DNA of 64,000 bases from an uncultured delta proteobacterium (lineage in GTDB: Bacteria; Desulfobacterota; WTBG01; CAIYCZ01; CAIRTM01): positions 64,001 through 128,000 of the forward strand of contig CAWDSQ010000005.1 in assembly GCA_963804955.1 (NCBI GenBank). The letters run 5' to 3'. A program made the translations under genes and the position numbers. Shown in pieces: positions 41,573 to 51,967 of the stretch. Within the stretch, counting starts at the first letter, position 1; every line of letters starts with the position of its first letter. The notes below the pieces were generated by a model. It did no database searches, was not told the origin of the DNA, and saw only the letters and a program-made list of their open reading frames with translations.

Positions 41573-43463
41573 GCCGCGCAAAATTCTATCGGGGCTATAC
41601 CCGTAAAATTATCCGGGTCAATCTCACCGACGGCAGCACAGCCATTGAGGAGATGCCCAACGGTCAGCTGATGAAATATATCGGCGGGGCGGGCCTTGCC
41701 GCGCGCATGCTCTATGATGAGCTGGAGCCGGGGCTTGATCCTCTGTCCTACCGCAACAAGGTCATATTTCTTGCAGGCCCCCTTGCCGGCACCAGCGCCC
41801 CAACGGGGAGCCGCATCGGCGCGTATACGAAATCGCCCATGACAAATGGGTTTTTTCATTCATCGGCAGGCGGCAGCTTTGCCGCCGAGCTGAAATTTGC
41901 AGGTTTTGACGGCGTGGTGATTGAAGGCAGGAGCGAAAAGCCGGTGTACCTGTTTATCACCAATAACCTTGTGGAGCTTCGTGATGCCGCTCACCTGTGG
42001 GGCGAGCGGACATACCGGGCCCATGAGCTGTTGAAAAGCGACATCGGCGACGAGGCTGCCCAAATCGCCGTCATCGGCCCGGCAGGCGAGCGCCTTGTGC
42101 GTTTTGCTTCGGTTATCGTCGGCGGCCGGGCACTGGGCCGCGGCGGCCTGGGCGCGGTGCTCGGCTCAAAAAAGTTCAAAGGCATTGCCGTGCGCGGCAA
42201 AGGCGGCATAGAGGTCGACAATATGGAGGATACCCTGCAAAAGACAGCCGAGCTTCTGCGGATCATGCGCGGCAATCCCTCCACAGGCCAGATACTGCCG
42301 CGCTTTGGCACGCCGGTGCTGGTGAATGCCAATAATGCCCTGGGCGTTTTCGGGTCGCGCAACTGGCAGCGCGAAACATTTGACGGAGCTGAAGGTCTTT
42401 CAGCTGAGACCATGCGCGAGAAAATTTTTGTGCGCGACAAGTCCTGCTTTGCCTGCCCCATCGGCTGCACCAAGTACACCACGGTGCAGCAGGGCGAGTA
42501 TACGGGCTCAACAGTGGAGGGGCCGGAGTATGAAAACATCTATGCCCTGGGCTCAATGCTTGAAAATTCCTCTATCGAGACAGTGGCGGCTGCCGAGCGC
42601 GAGTGCGATGAGCTCGGCATGGATGCCGTTGAAACGGGCGTTGCCATAGCCTTCACCATGGAGGCCCGCGAAAAGGGCTTGCTGTCGCTGGAGGATGTGG
42701 ACGGCCTGGACCTGCGCTTTGGCAATGCCGCGGTCATCATGCCCATGGTGCACAAGATCGGCATGCGCCAGGGCATCGGCGACATGCTTGCCGAAAGCGT
42801 GAAGCGGGCGGCTGAGAAAATCGGCAAAGGTGCTGAAGATTTTGCCATGCAGAACAAGGGCATGACCTTTCCGGGTCATTCGGCGCGCGGGCTGCCGGGC
42901 TTTGCACTTGGGTATGCCACAGGGCCGCGGGGCGCTTCGCATCACGACGGCAGGCCAACGGGCGAGCGCTCGGGCGTTGTTTCACGCGACACCACCGAGG
43001 GCAAGGGCATGTACGTGATGAAGGTGAATCATCTGAATATCTTCACCGATTCCATGATCGTCTGCCACCTTGCCGAATCGGTCTGGGGCCTCACCGGAAT
43101 CGGACAGAATGTGGTGGATATATTTAATGTCGTTACCGGGCATGGATTTAACCGTTGCACAGGCAGAGGAGACTGCCGAGCGCATGTGGAATGTGATACG
43201 GGCCTTTAATGTGCGCGAGGGCATGCGCCGGGCAGATGATACGCTTCCCAGGCGTTTTCTTGAAGAGCCCATACCCGACGGGCCCTCCAGGGGCATGGTC
43301 GTGAGCCGGCAGATGCTTGAAACAATGAAGGATGATTACTATATGGTGCGCGGCTGGGACTCTGCAGACGGGCATCCCCACGCCCGAGCGGCTTCAGAAG
43401 CTTGACCTGCCGGACATTGCCGAGGACATGCTGAAACTGTTAGCTGCTGAAAGGAGGGCCTGA
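41569..43463 (+). CDS. aor: Aldehyde:ferredoxin oxidoreductase (tungsten AOR family), frameshifts near 43140 and 43370
   Basis: YIGGAGLA, KSPMT, ELKFAGFDG, GRGGLGAVLGSKKFKG, CFACPIGC, EGPEYE, CDELGMD, RGASH, DDYYMVRGWD; ATGA overlap with the upstream gene. Confidence 0.92.
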
Positions 43464-43465
43464 GC

Positions 43466-44893
43466 ATGAAGACGCGCTATAAAATAGCCATTGCCGTCGT
43501 GCTGTTTATCACGATTTCAGCGGCATTTTCAAACAAGCAGGACGATACGGGCTACCGCCGCTACCTGCTGCAGATGCTGGACAAGAAGGGCGTTGAGGGA
43601 AAACCCGGCGTTCTGCTTACTGCGCTGGGGCAGCCCGAGGAATATGATTTCAAGTTTTTCGACCGGTACCTGCAGCAGATTTTTAATGCCGCTTTCCCCC
43701 CGGCTCTGAAGCCCCTCATCCTTGGGGATACAGGCGTTGTCCTGATGGACCCGAAGCATATGACCGCCCCGGAAGAGTTTAAGCCGGAAAAGCTTGTCGA
43801 CTGCTTCGGCCATGACGCAAACGAAGAAGGCGAGCCCTATGTTGATCTTCCCTATGAGTGGGCTCCGCCGCGCGAGAAGGGGTCACCGGGCCATTTTGTC
43901 TGGAAGGAACACAAAAACGGGTATATCGATCTTGTGGAAAAGGTTTCCATAAAAATACTGGTGACCTACTACGGCATTATGCCGGGTAAAAAAATTCCCT
44001 ATATGCAGCAGCACAAGGCGATATTTGCAGACTTTGAAACCATGCTGAACAAGGAGTTTCCGGGTGTGCCCATGCGCTGGGGCCTCGCCATGTACCCGGA
44101 AACTATTGAAGCAGCTGTCAATGAACTCATAGAGACGGAAAAAGTTAAAACAATTGTAGTGGTTGACTTTTTCCATGTCTATTCAGCCCTTGAGGAATTC
44201 AACGGGCTGTTTCCCGAGATCAAGGATGCCGTGGCCGAGCGCGCCAAGATCATCTATGCGCCGTTTCCCGGAGCCTATGCATCCTACCGCAAGGCCTATG
44301 TTGCCATGGCGCAGGATGAAATTGCAAAGCTTCCCAGACAAAACCGTAAGCTGATCGTGCTGACGCGCCATGGATTTCCCGACCTTGCCGGAGACCCCTA
44401 TCCGTTGCTTGCCAAGACTTTTTATGTCAGCCTGAAGCAGGAGATCGAGCAGGCGATTGCCGGCAATACTGCCCATGTGGTTTTCGCCGATACGGATTTT
44501 GCCGGTGAAAAGGACGATACGGGAAAAAAGAAGCTGGCAAGTTTTGAAGCCCTTGAAGCGGGTCTTGCAGACGGCTACGATAATATCGTTTTTATTCTGG
44601 TTGATTTTCTGAGCGAGAACACGGACACGATATTTGCCATGCGCGTGGAGACGTTCGAGAAGCTGCATTTTACGTACGAGGGCCAGGTTCCGTATCCGGA
44701 TTTTTCGCAGCCCTATCGCACCGAGCTGCAGGCCGGCAAAACGAAAATAACGGTTGCGGGCACGCCGGTGGGAGACCGGTACCGGCCCCATATTGCGCGG
44801 GGCATTTTTGATGCTGCAGCAACCGTGCTGCGCGGCAAAGAATGGCCGCTGCTGCTTTTGGAAGAAAAGAAAAAGAAGCAGGGGATGTTTTAA
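43466..44893 (+). CDS. Ferrochelatase-like (class II chelatase fold) protein with N-terminal signal/anchor
   Basis: GVLLTALGQP, TIEAAVNEL..IVVV.FFHVYS, IVLTRHGFP..GDPY, VDFLSENTDT parallel the HemH motifs. Confidence 0.7.
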   Translation: MKTRYKIAIAVVLFITISAAFSNKQDDTGYRRYLLQMLDKKGVEGKPGVLLTALGQPEEYDFKFFDRYLQQIFNAAFPPALKPLILGDTGVVLMDPKHMTAPEEFKPEKLVDCFGHDANEEGEPYVDLPYEWAPPREKGSPGHFVWKEHKNGYIDLVEKVSIKILVTYYGIMPGKKIPYMQQHKAIFADFETMLNKEFPGVPMRWGLAMYPETIEAAVNELIETEKVKTIVVVDFFHVYSALEEFNGLFPEIKDAVAERAKIIYAPFPGAYASYRKAYVAMAQDEIAKLPRQNRKLIVLTRHGFPDLAGDPYPLLAKTFYVSLKQEIEQAIAGNTAHVVFADTDFAGEKDDTGKKKLASFEALEAGLADGYDNIVFILVDFLSENTDTIFAMRVETFEKLHFTYEGQVPYPDFSQPYRTELQAGKTKITVAGTPVGDRYRPHIARGIFDAAATVLRGKEWPLLLLEEKKKKQGMF

Positions 44894-44937
44894 TCGTCCC
44901 TTCCGGATTGCGATAATTTAAAAAAAGGAGAGACTGT

Positions 44938-45513
44938 ATGAAAAGAGCCGCATTGTTTTTATTCGTTGTTTTCTGTGTTCTTGCCTGCGCAGGCGCACCG
45001 GTCACGCGGGACGCGGCGGCCGAGGCCCGGCCGGACAATGCCACCAAACCCATTGTGCTGTATTATTCGCGCCTGGGCCATTCCGAAATGGTCGCTACGG
45101 CATTTAAAAATCAGCTCGGCTGTGAAATGGAAAAAATCGCTTCAAAGAAGGACCGGGGAATGTTCACGCTTATGGCTGAGCAGGCCTTTAATCTGAGCGA
45201 TGACCAGGATGCCCCGGCAAAAGATCTAACGGCATATAATCCGATTATAATCGTGTCGCCCATTTATTTCATGCGCATGTCGGCGCCTGCGCGAACGCTT
45301 ATTGAAAAATACATTCCCAAAGGCAAGCGGGTGTATGTGTTTACGACATCGGGCGGGCCGCTGGCGGGATTCACCGGCAGGGGCATACGATCCCTTGCCG
45401 AAGAAAACGGTCTTGCGGTACAGGGCGTCAACGGCTTTCAGATTGGCAAGAAAAAGCAAGCTGATTTCGATGCCGAAATTCAGCACGTGCTCGCAAAAAC
45501 ACCTGTTAAATAA
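44938..45513 (+). CDS. Flavodoxin-like lipoprotein
   Basis: Lipobox VLAC; YYSRLGHS, IIVSPIY, VFTTSGG. Confidence 0.8.
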   Translation: MKRAALFLFVVFCVLACAGAPVTRDAAAEARPDNATKPIVLYYSRLGHSEMVATAFKNQLGCEMEKIASKKDRGMFTLMAEQAFNLSDDQDAPAKDLTAYNPIIIVSPIYFMRMSAPARTLIEKYIPKGKRVYVFTTSGGPLAGFTGRGIRSLAEENGLAVQGVNGFQIGKKKQADFDAEIQHVLAKTPVK

Positions 45514-45534
45514 ATTTTGTCAGGAGAAAGCACA

Positions 45535-46137
45535 ATGAAAAAAATATTTTTACTTTTTTTGGCCGGAGCATTTGTTTTTGTCTGCCTCGCCCCTGCTCGC
45601 GCGCAGGAACCTTCTGCCGGAAAAACCCTGCTGCTGTACTATTCCAAGACGGGCAATACGCAAGCAGCCTGTGAGGCGCTTCAGAAGGCTTTGGGTGCGG
45701 ATATCCAGGAAATCAAAGATTTGAACAGACGGGATACAAAGCTTGGAGGTATCGGCGGCATGCTCAAGACGCTTTTGGGCATGCACACAGCTATTGAGCC
45801 GCAGAAGGTTGATCTGTCACCTTATACAACAGTTATTATCAGTGCGCCTATATGGGCGGCAAAGTTCGGCCTGGCCATGCGGACCTTTGTAGAAACAAAC
45901 AGGTTTGACGGGAAAAACGTGGTCATTTTTATTACCTCCGACTCCTTTATAGAAGACAAATATCAGGAGAAACAACGCCAGGTGGTTAAAGATTCAGGCG
46001 GCAAGGTGACCGGCTACTTTCAGGTGCAGGCAACCGATCCGGTGAACGGAGAGAAGGTGCCCCGCAGCAGAGATAAAATTGTGCAGGAGACCCTGAAGCT
46101 GGTTCCGGGTATGCAGAAGGCGATTGCCGGGCGCTAA
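45535..46137 (+). CDS. Exported flavodoxin-like protein
   Basis: Signal peptide ending ARA; YYSKTGNT, DLSPYTTVIISAPIW, GKNVVIFIT. Confidence 0.85.
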   Translation: MKKIFLLFLAGAFVFVCLAPARAQEPSAGKTLLLYYSKTGNTQAACEALQKALGADIQEIKDLNRRDTKLGGIGGMLKTLLGMHTAIEPQKVDLSPYTTVIISAPIWAAKFGLAMRTFVETNRFDGKNVVIFITSDSFIEDKYQEKQRQVVKDSGGKVTGYFQVQATDPVNGEKVPRSRDKIVQETLKLVPGMQKAIAGR

Positions 46138-46197
46138 GTAAAAAGCTCTACAAAAAAGGGGACAATATTATTCTTAAACAAAAAAATATGTCTGTTT

Positions 46198-46280
46198 AAT
46201 CCCCCTTTGAAAAAGGGGGATACAGGGGGATTTTTTGCAGCCTGACAAATCCCCCTAACCCCCTTTGCTAAAGGGGGAAT
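46198..46280. repeat. Inverted pair of CCCCCTTTG..AAAGGGGG palindromic elements
   Basis: AATCCCCCTTTGAAAAAGGGGGATACAGGGGGATTT and AAATCCCCCTAACCCCCTTTGCTAAAGGGGGAAT; a degenerate relative lies near 36080-36140. Confidence 0.65.
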
Positions 46281-46363
46281 TTTTTTGCCCCCTTGTCTGC
46301 GAGGCGAGGTACTAAGCTGCTTACCCAGGATGATATATGAAGCCGCTGCCGGAAGTGTCCGGT

Positions 46364-46400
46364 AAGCGGCTTTTTTTTGGCCGTTCCGGCCGCTTTTTTT
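46364..46400 (+). terminator. Possible intrinsic terminator
   Basis: GGCCG-TTC-CGGCC hairpin followed by GC and T7. Confidence 0.35.
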
Positions 46401-46756
46401 GTGCCTTTTAAGGTCGTTTTATTAAAAGCCCAGGAGTCCAGCAACCGGTTTAAAAATAATACGGTTTTGCCGCTTGTGGTACTCCGAGAGAAGCAGCAAA
46501 GTATGGTTGACATTGAGGCCAAGAGCATGTATTGATAATTTGGTAAAAATAAATAAAAAAAATGACCATAAATCTACAATATTTTCTTTCGGATTCACTG
46601 CGGGCGGGCCCGGGCAGGATGAAGCCGGAGGTCAAAGCTGGATTCTGCGGCGCAGACAAGAGGTGCGGTCAGAGCATGCTTGTTGTGAAGGCAGCACAAA
46701 TCCGGTAAGGCCATGTATTGGGGCACTATGTTTTTCAAAAACACGGCTGTTAAGGG

Positions 46757-49700
46757 ATGAAAACGACAACAAAGCTGTCATTGCTTCTTGTTTCTATCGT
46801 CCTGTTTTTTGTCTGCTGGTTTTTGTATGTGCAACGATCCGAAGAGCAGCAGCTGAAGCTGCTGCTGGGCTCGAGTATCGACAGTAAAAACACCATATTC
46901 GACCGCGTCCTCAAACTTGAGGCAGCCCCCTTTGAAACTTTTATTTTCGACTACTCCCACGACGATGCCGTGATTGATTTTCTGCAGCGCCCTGTGGGGC
47001 AGCCCTTCCCCGGCAATCCCGAAAAGCTGCTCAGGACCTTCAACCTGAGCGCCATTTGGCTGCTGCGGCCGGATATGTCCCAGGGCTTTGCCCTGTGCTC
47101 CCCCGCAGCGCCTGAACTTGCAGCATTTCCGCTGTCGACGGTACAGCTGCAAAAAATGCTCCGCCAAAGATATTTCCACCACTTTTTTATCAGCACATCA
47201 AAAGGAGTTCTTGAAATGCGGTGCGCGCCGCTGCAGCCGACATCAGACCCGGATCGGGAAAGTCCGCCGCGGGGCTTTCTGTGTGCCGGACGCCTCTGGG
47301 GCCCCTCGTATCTTGAAATGCTGTCGGGTCTGACGGAGAGCAGCATACGCATTGAAGACATTCGGGCCGAGACCTCTGTCCCCGCGACGGCATATGCTTT
47401 TGATACGGGAACGATCAGCTTTTCCCGCGTGCTGCGCTCCTGGGATGGCCGGCCCGTTGTCCAGATGCTGATTACCAGCGATACTCCGGTGCTGCGCGAG
47501 TTCTCCAATGCTTCAGACGCCAAGATTTTTCAGCTCGTACTTTTTTTTGCGGCCATTCAGCTGATGCTGTATGTCGCACTGCTGCTTTTTGTGAGCTTAC
47601 CATTGCGGCGCATTTTCCAGAGCCTTGAAACGGCGAACCCCCGGCCGATTGCACGCCTGGCGCAGGCAAACAATGAATTCGGTAAAATTGCCCGGCTGAT
47701 CGTAAATGCCTTTGCCCAGCAGCAGAAGCTTACCGGCGAGATCGCCGAGCGCGCCAGGGCAGAGGAGAGCCTGCTTGAGGCCAATCAGCGCCTCAAGGCC
47801 CGGGATCAGGAGCTCAATGCCGGCAATATGCAGTTTCTGGCAGCAAACCAGCAGCTTCAGGCAAATCTTGAGCAGCTCAGGAAAAGCGAGCAGCAGCTGC
47901 GGGCGCAGGAGGCCTATCTGAGTCTTGCCCTCGATATTGCTCAGGAAACCGTCTGGGAACTGGATGTTCTCACGGGCAGGATGAAGATTGTTAAAATGTC
48001 TGATACGGCCAGCAGGGATTCGGGTTATGCACGGGAGGATCTGTATACGAACTGGGAACAGCATATGGCGCTGACAGAGTCTGAATCCCGGGAGCGGATG
48101 CAGCGGGCAATCAATGATCATGTGCAGGGCAAAACGGAGCGTTTTGCCTATGAGTCCCGCGTGCAGAAAAAAACAGGCGAGTGGATCTGGCTCTACTCAA
48201 TCGGAAGGGTCTCCGAGCGCGATGGCGAGGGCAATCCGCTGACACTGCTGGGAACATCCATTGATATAACCCAGATAAAGCAGGCGCAGGAAGAGCTGAA
48301 CCTGCTGGCAACCGCCCTTGAGCAGGCCTGGGAATGTGTTATCATTACCGACCGTCACGCACAAATTCTGTATGCAAATCCGGCATTTGAGCGCACGTCC
48401 GGCTACAGTCTAGCCGAGGTGCTGGGGAAAAACCCCCGTATGCTGAAAAGCGGCAGGCATGAGGCAGACCACTATGCGAGCATGTGGGAAGCCCTGAACA
48501 AAGGGCAGGTGTGGCGCGGCCATTTCATCAACAAGCGCAAGGACGGAAACCTGATAGAGGAGGATTCTACGATTACGCCTTTGTGCAATGCAGCCGGCAG
48601 CATCACAAATTTTATTGCCGTGAAGCGCGATGTCACCGACACAATGCGCATGGAGCGCCAGCTGCGGCAGTCGCAGAAGATGGAAGCCATCGGCACTCTG
48701 GCCGGCGGCATCGCCCACGATTTCAACAATATTCTCACCGCCATTATCGGATATACGGAGTTGAGCCTGCTGCCGGGCACGGACCAGAAGCGTCTGCGCA
48801 GCAATCTGGAGCAGGTGCTGCGCGCGGGCGGGCGAGCCAGGGACCTTGTGTCGCAGATTCTCGCGTTCAGCCGCCAGACCGAGCAGGAAATGCGGCCGGT
48901 GAGCATCACACCCATCATTAAAGAAGCCCTGCGGTTTTTGCGCGCATCGCTTCCTGCGTCAATTGAAATACGCCAGCGCATCGACGCGGAGGCCGATGTT
49001 GTCATGGCTGACCCGACCCAACTGCACCAGGTGCTGATGAACCTGTGTACCAATGCGGGGCATGCCATGCGAGACAGCGGGGGCATGCTTGACATCGGGC
49101 TGAACAGGGTCACGTACGACGGCACGGTCACCTGCGGCCACGCAGCGTTGAAACCGGGCGCGTATCTTCGCCTGAGCGTCAGCGACACAGGGCACGGCAT
49201 GGAGCGGGATGTGCTTGACCACATTTTTGAGCCGTATTTTACTACGAAGGGCAGGAGCGACGGCACCGGCCTCGGACTTGCCGTGGTTCATGGCATAGTG
49301 CAGTCTCATGGCGGGGAGATTGTTGCCTACAGCGAACCGGGGAAGGGCTCAACATTTGAAGTAGTGCTGCCTGCGGCTGACGCCGGTCAGGACGCGGCAG
49401 CGGCGGTATCGAAAAGCCCCGCCAGGGGGAAGGAGTCGATTCTCATAGTCGATGATGAAAAATCGCTGGTGCATATGGCTGTTCAGATACTTGAGCCGCT
49501 CGGGTACAGGGTTCGCACGGCCTATGTCCCCGAAGAGGCCCTGGCGCTTTTTGAAGACAGCCCCCATTATTTTGATCTGGTCATCACCGATAAAATCATG
49601 CCCCGCATGACGGGCTTCATTTTTGCCGACAGAATAAGGCGCATACGGCCCGGCATGCCCGTTCTCATGTGCACGGGGTTTGCTGAAAAATCCGATGCGG

Positions 49701-49798
49701 AAAAGGCGCGGGATGCAGGCATACGAAAAGTTTTGAGCAAACCCTATAATGTGAACGACATTGCAGCCGCTGTTCGTGAGGCTCTTGACAAACCCTGA
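46757..49798 (+). CDS. Membrane hybrid sensor kinase (CHASE4-like, 2x PAS, HisKA, HATPase, receiver)
   Basis: Two TM segments; PAS/PAC motifs; QSQKMEAIGTLAGGIAHDFNN, NLCTNA, DTGHG, FTTK, GTGLGL, IVDDE, D..MP, KP. Confidence 0.92.
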   Translation: MKTTTKLSLLLVSIVLFFVCWFLYVQRSEEQQLKLLLGSSIDSKNTIFDRVLKLEAAPFETFIFDYSHDDAVIDFLQRPVGQPFPGNPEKLLRTFNLSAIWLLRPDMSQGFALCSPAAPELAAFPLSTVQLQKMLRQRYFHHFFISTSKGVLEMRCAPLQPTSDPDRESPPRGFLCAGRLWGPSYLEMLSGLTESSIRIEDIRAETSVPATAYAFDTGTISFSRVLRSWDGRPVVQMLITSDTPVLREFSNASDAKIFQLVLFFAAIQLMLYVALLLFVSLPLRRIFQSLETANPRPIARLAQANNEFGKIARLIVNAFAQQQKLTGEIAERARAEESLLEANQRLKARDQELNAGNMQFLAANQQLQANLEQLRKSEQQLRAQEAYLSLALDIAQETVWELDVLTGRMKIVKMSDTASRDSGYAREDLYTNWEQHMALTESESRERMQRAINDHVQGKTERFAYESRVQKKTGEWIWLYSIGRVSERDGEGNPLTLLGTSIDITQIKQAQEELNLLATALEQAWECVIITDRHAQILYANPAFERTSGYSLAEVLGKNPRMLKSGRHEADHYASMWEALNKGQVWRGHFINKRKDGNLIEEDSTITPLCNAAGSITNFIAVKRDVTDTMRMERQLRQSQKMEAIGTLAGGIAHDFNNILTAIIGYTELSLLPGTDQKRLRSNLEQVLRAGGRARDLVSQILAFSRQTEQEMRPVSITPIIKEALRFLRASLPASIEIRQRIDAEADVVMADPTQLHQVLMNLCTNAGHAMRDSGGMLDIGLNRVTYDGTVTCGHAALKPGAYLRLSVSDTGHGMERDVLDHIFEPYFTTKGRSDGTGLGLAVVHGIVQSHGGEIVAYSEPGKGSTFEVVLPAADAGQDAAAAVSKSPARGKESILIVDDEKSLVHMAVQILEPLGYRVRTAYVPEEALALFEDSPHYFDLVITDKIMPRMTGFIFADRIRRIRPGMPVLMCTGFAEKSDAEKARDAGIRKVLSKPYNVNDIAAAVREALDKP

Positions 49799-49984
49799 TC
49801 TTGCCGCCACTTTCGCCCACTGCACCCCCTTTTCTGAACGGCAGGCCACAGGGTACAGAAGCATGTATTCCCCGTTTTTTCTGAACAGCCTGTCCGGCCT
49901 GCTTCCAGTTTTTACAATTTGCGCTCATTGAACACTTCATAGTATACAAGAACGCAGAAACGCATACGTTATCCGGAGCACTCT

Positions 49985-51920
49985 GTGCCGCAGCCAGATC
50001 ATTTGCACATCAACCGTATCGCCATCGTGGGCAACCCCAATGTGGGCAAGAGCTCGCTGTTCAACGGGCTGACGCGCTCCTATTCTCTTGTTGCCAATGT
50101 GCCCCACACCACCATGGAGGTGAGCCGCGCGCCGGTGCGCATTGACGGTAAAGAGTATGAGGTGATCGACACGCCGGGCATTCTTTCCCTCGACCTTCCT
50201 GCTGAAGACGGTCTGGTGACCCGTGCAATACTGCTGGAGGAGCATCCCGAGGTCATCATCCTGTGCCTTGACTCCAATAATTTCAAGCGCTCGCTGCTGC
50301 TTGCCGCGCAGGTGATGGAGCTTGAAATACCGCTGGTTGTGTGCCTGAACTTCATGGATGAGTCGCGGCTGAAAGGTATTGAGTCTCAGCCGCAAAAAGC
50401 TTGAAACCCTTCTGGGCGTTCCCGTGGTGGAAACCGTGGCGTCCGAGGGCCATGGCGTGCGGGAGCTTCTGAAGGCCATCCCCCGGGCCGCGGTTGTTGC
50501 GACGGCGAAAGTGCCCTACCCGCAGTTTATAGAGGCTGCCCTTGATGAACTATCGGGCTGCTTTCCGGAAGAGGCCATGCCTGCCGACGGGGTTTTGCTG
50601 TTGCTGCTCTCGCAGGCCCCGGGCATCGAGCGCTATTTGAAGTCAAAATACGGCGCGGCGCTACTCGCGCAGGCAGAGGCCGTCGGGGCCAGGGCAATTG
50701 GCCGCTCAAAAAAAGACATTGCAAATATCGTATTTGAAGAGCGCAGCCGGTGGGCTGAAAAAATCGAGCAGCATATACTCCAGCTGACGCCGACACGCAT
50801 GGGCAGGGTCGGCGAGGCACTGGGTGCTCTTTCGCGCCATCCCGTATGGGGCTGGGTTGTGCTGCTGCTGGTGGTGTACTGCACCTATATGCTTGTCGGC
50901 CGGGTCGGCATCGATGTGCTCGTGCCGCTGTTTGAAAGCAAACTTTTTGCGCCATTTAATGAATATATTGCTTCCTTTATTCCCTGGCAGTTCATGCGCG
51001 ACTTTCTTTTCGGCGATTACGGCATTTTAACCACGGGCCTTGAAAACGCTATCGGCACGGTGCTGCCCGTTCTGGCCATGTTTTTTCTCATCTTAAACTT
51101 CCTTGAGGATACGGGCTATATCGCCAATCTGTGCGTATTCAGCAACCGTCTTTTCAAACCCCTGGGCCTGAGCGGAAAATCGGTTCTTCCGATCGTGCTC
51201 GGTTTCGGGTGCCGCACCATGGCAACTCTTACCACCCGCATTCTTGAATCGAAAAAAGAGCGCATCATCGCCGTTTTTCTCATATCATTCGCCATACCCT
51301 GCGCGCCCCTGCTGGGCGTCACCCTGGCAATCCTGGCGCTGCTGCCCTTTAAAGCATTCATCCTGGTGTTCAGCGTGCTGATCGTGATGGAGCTTGCGGC
51401 GGGCATCGCTCTCAACAAACTTCTCAAGACCGATCTTGTGCCGGACTTCATCATGGAGATTCCGCCGGTGCGGCTGCCCAATCTGAAAAATCTGCTGGTG
51501 AAAACCTACTACCGGCTCAAGTGGTTTGCCATCGAGGCTGTGCCATTGTTCATGATCGGCGCGCTTCTGCTGTTTGTTATCGATAAAATTGCGCTGCTCT
51601 CGCTCATTAAGAAGATGATAGCGCCTTTTATTGTCACCTATCTGCAGCTGCCGGCGGCCATGGTCGACGCATTCCTTTTGTGCCTGCTGCGGCTTGAAGC
51701 GGGCGCGGTGGTAGTGCTGAAACTTGCGCAGATTGGCGAGCTTGATTATATCCAGACCATAGTGTCCGTCATTGTCATGACCGGGTTCATACCCTGCTTT
51801 GCAAACACCATGGCAATCGTGAAGGAGCTGGGAATAAAAACAGCCCTCTGGATGGTGGCGTCAATAACGGCCACGGCATTTATTGTCGGCGGGCTGGTGA
51901 ATTTTGTTTTGAGGATGTAA
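49985..51920 (+). CDS. feoB: Ferrous iron transporter FeoB, frameshift near 50380
   Basis: GNPNVGKS, DTPG, NFMDE, LEDTGY, GLSGKS, GFGC, IPC, FIMEIP. Confidence 0.92.
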
Positions 51921-51967
51921 CCTGCAGGCAAGCCCCGGCTTGACCAAAAAAGAAATCGAGGTGCCCC

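Noticed and set aside
43466..44893. hemH gene symbol
   Set aside because: Signal/anchor sequence, large insertion and altered acidic motif; only the fold is supported.
46540..46756. c-di-GMP or other riboswitch in the kinase leader
   Set aside because: GC-rich, but no conserved aptamer motifs recognised; an Rfam scan would be needed.
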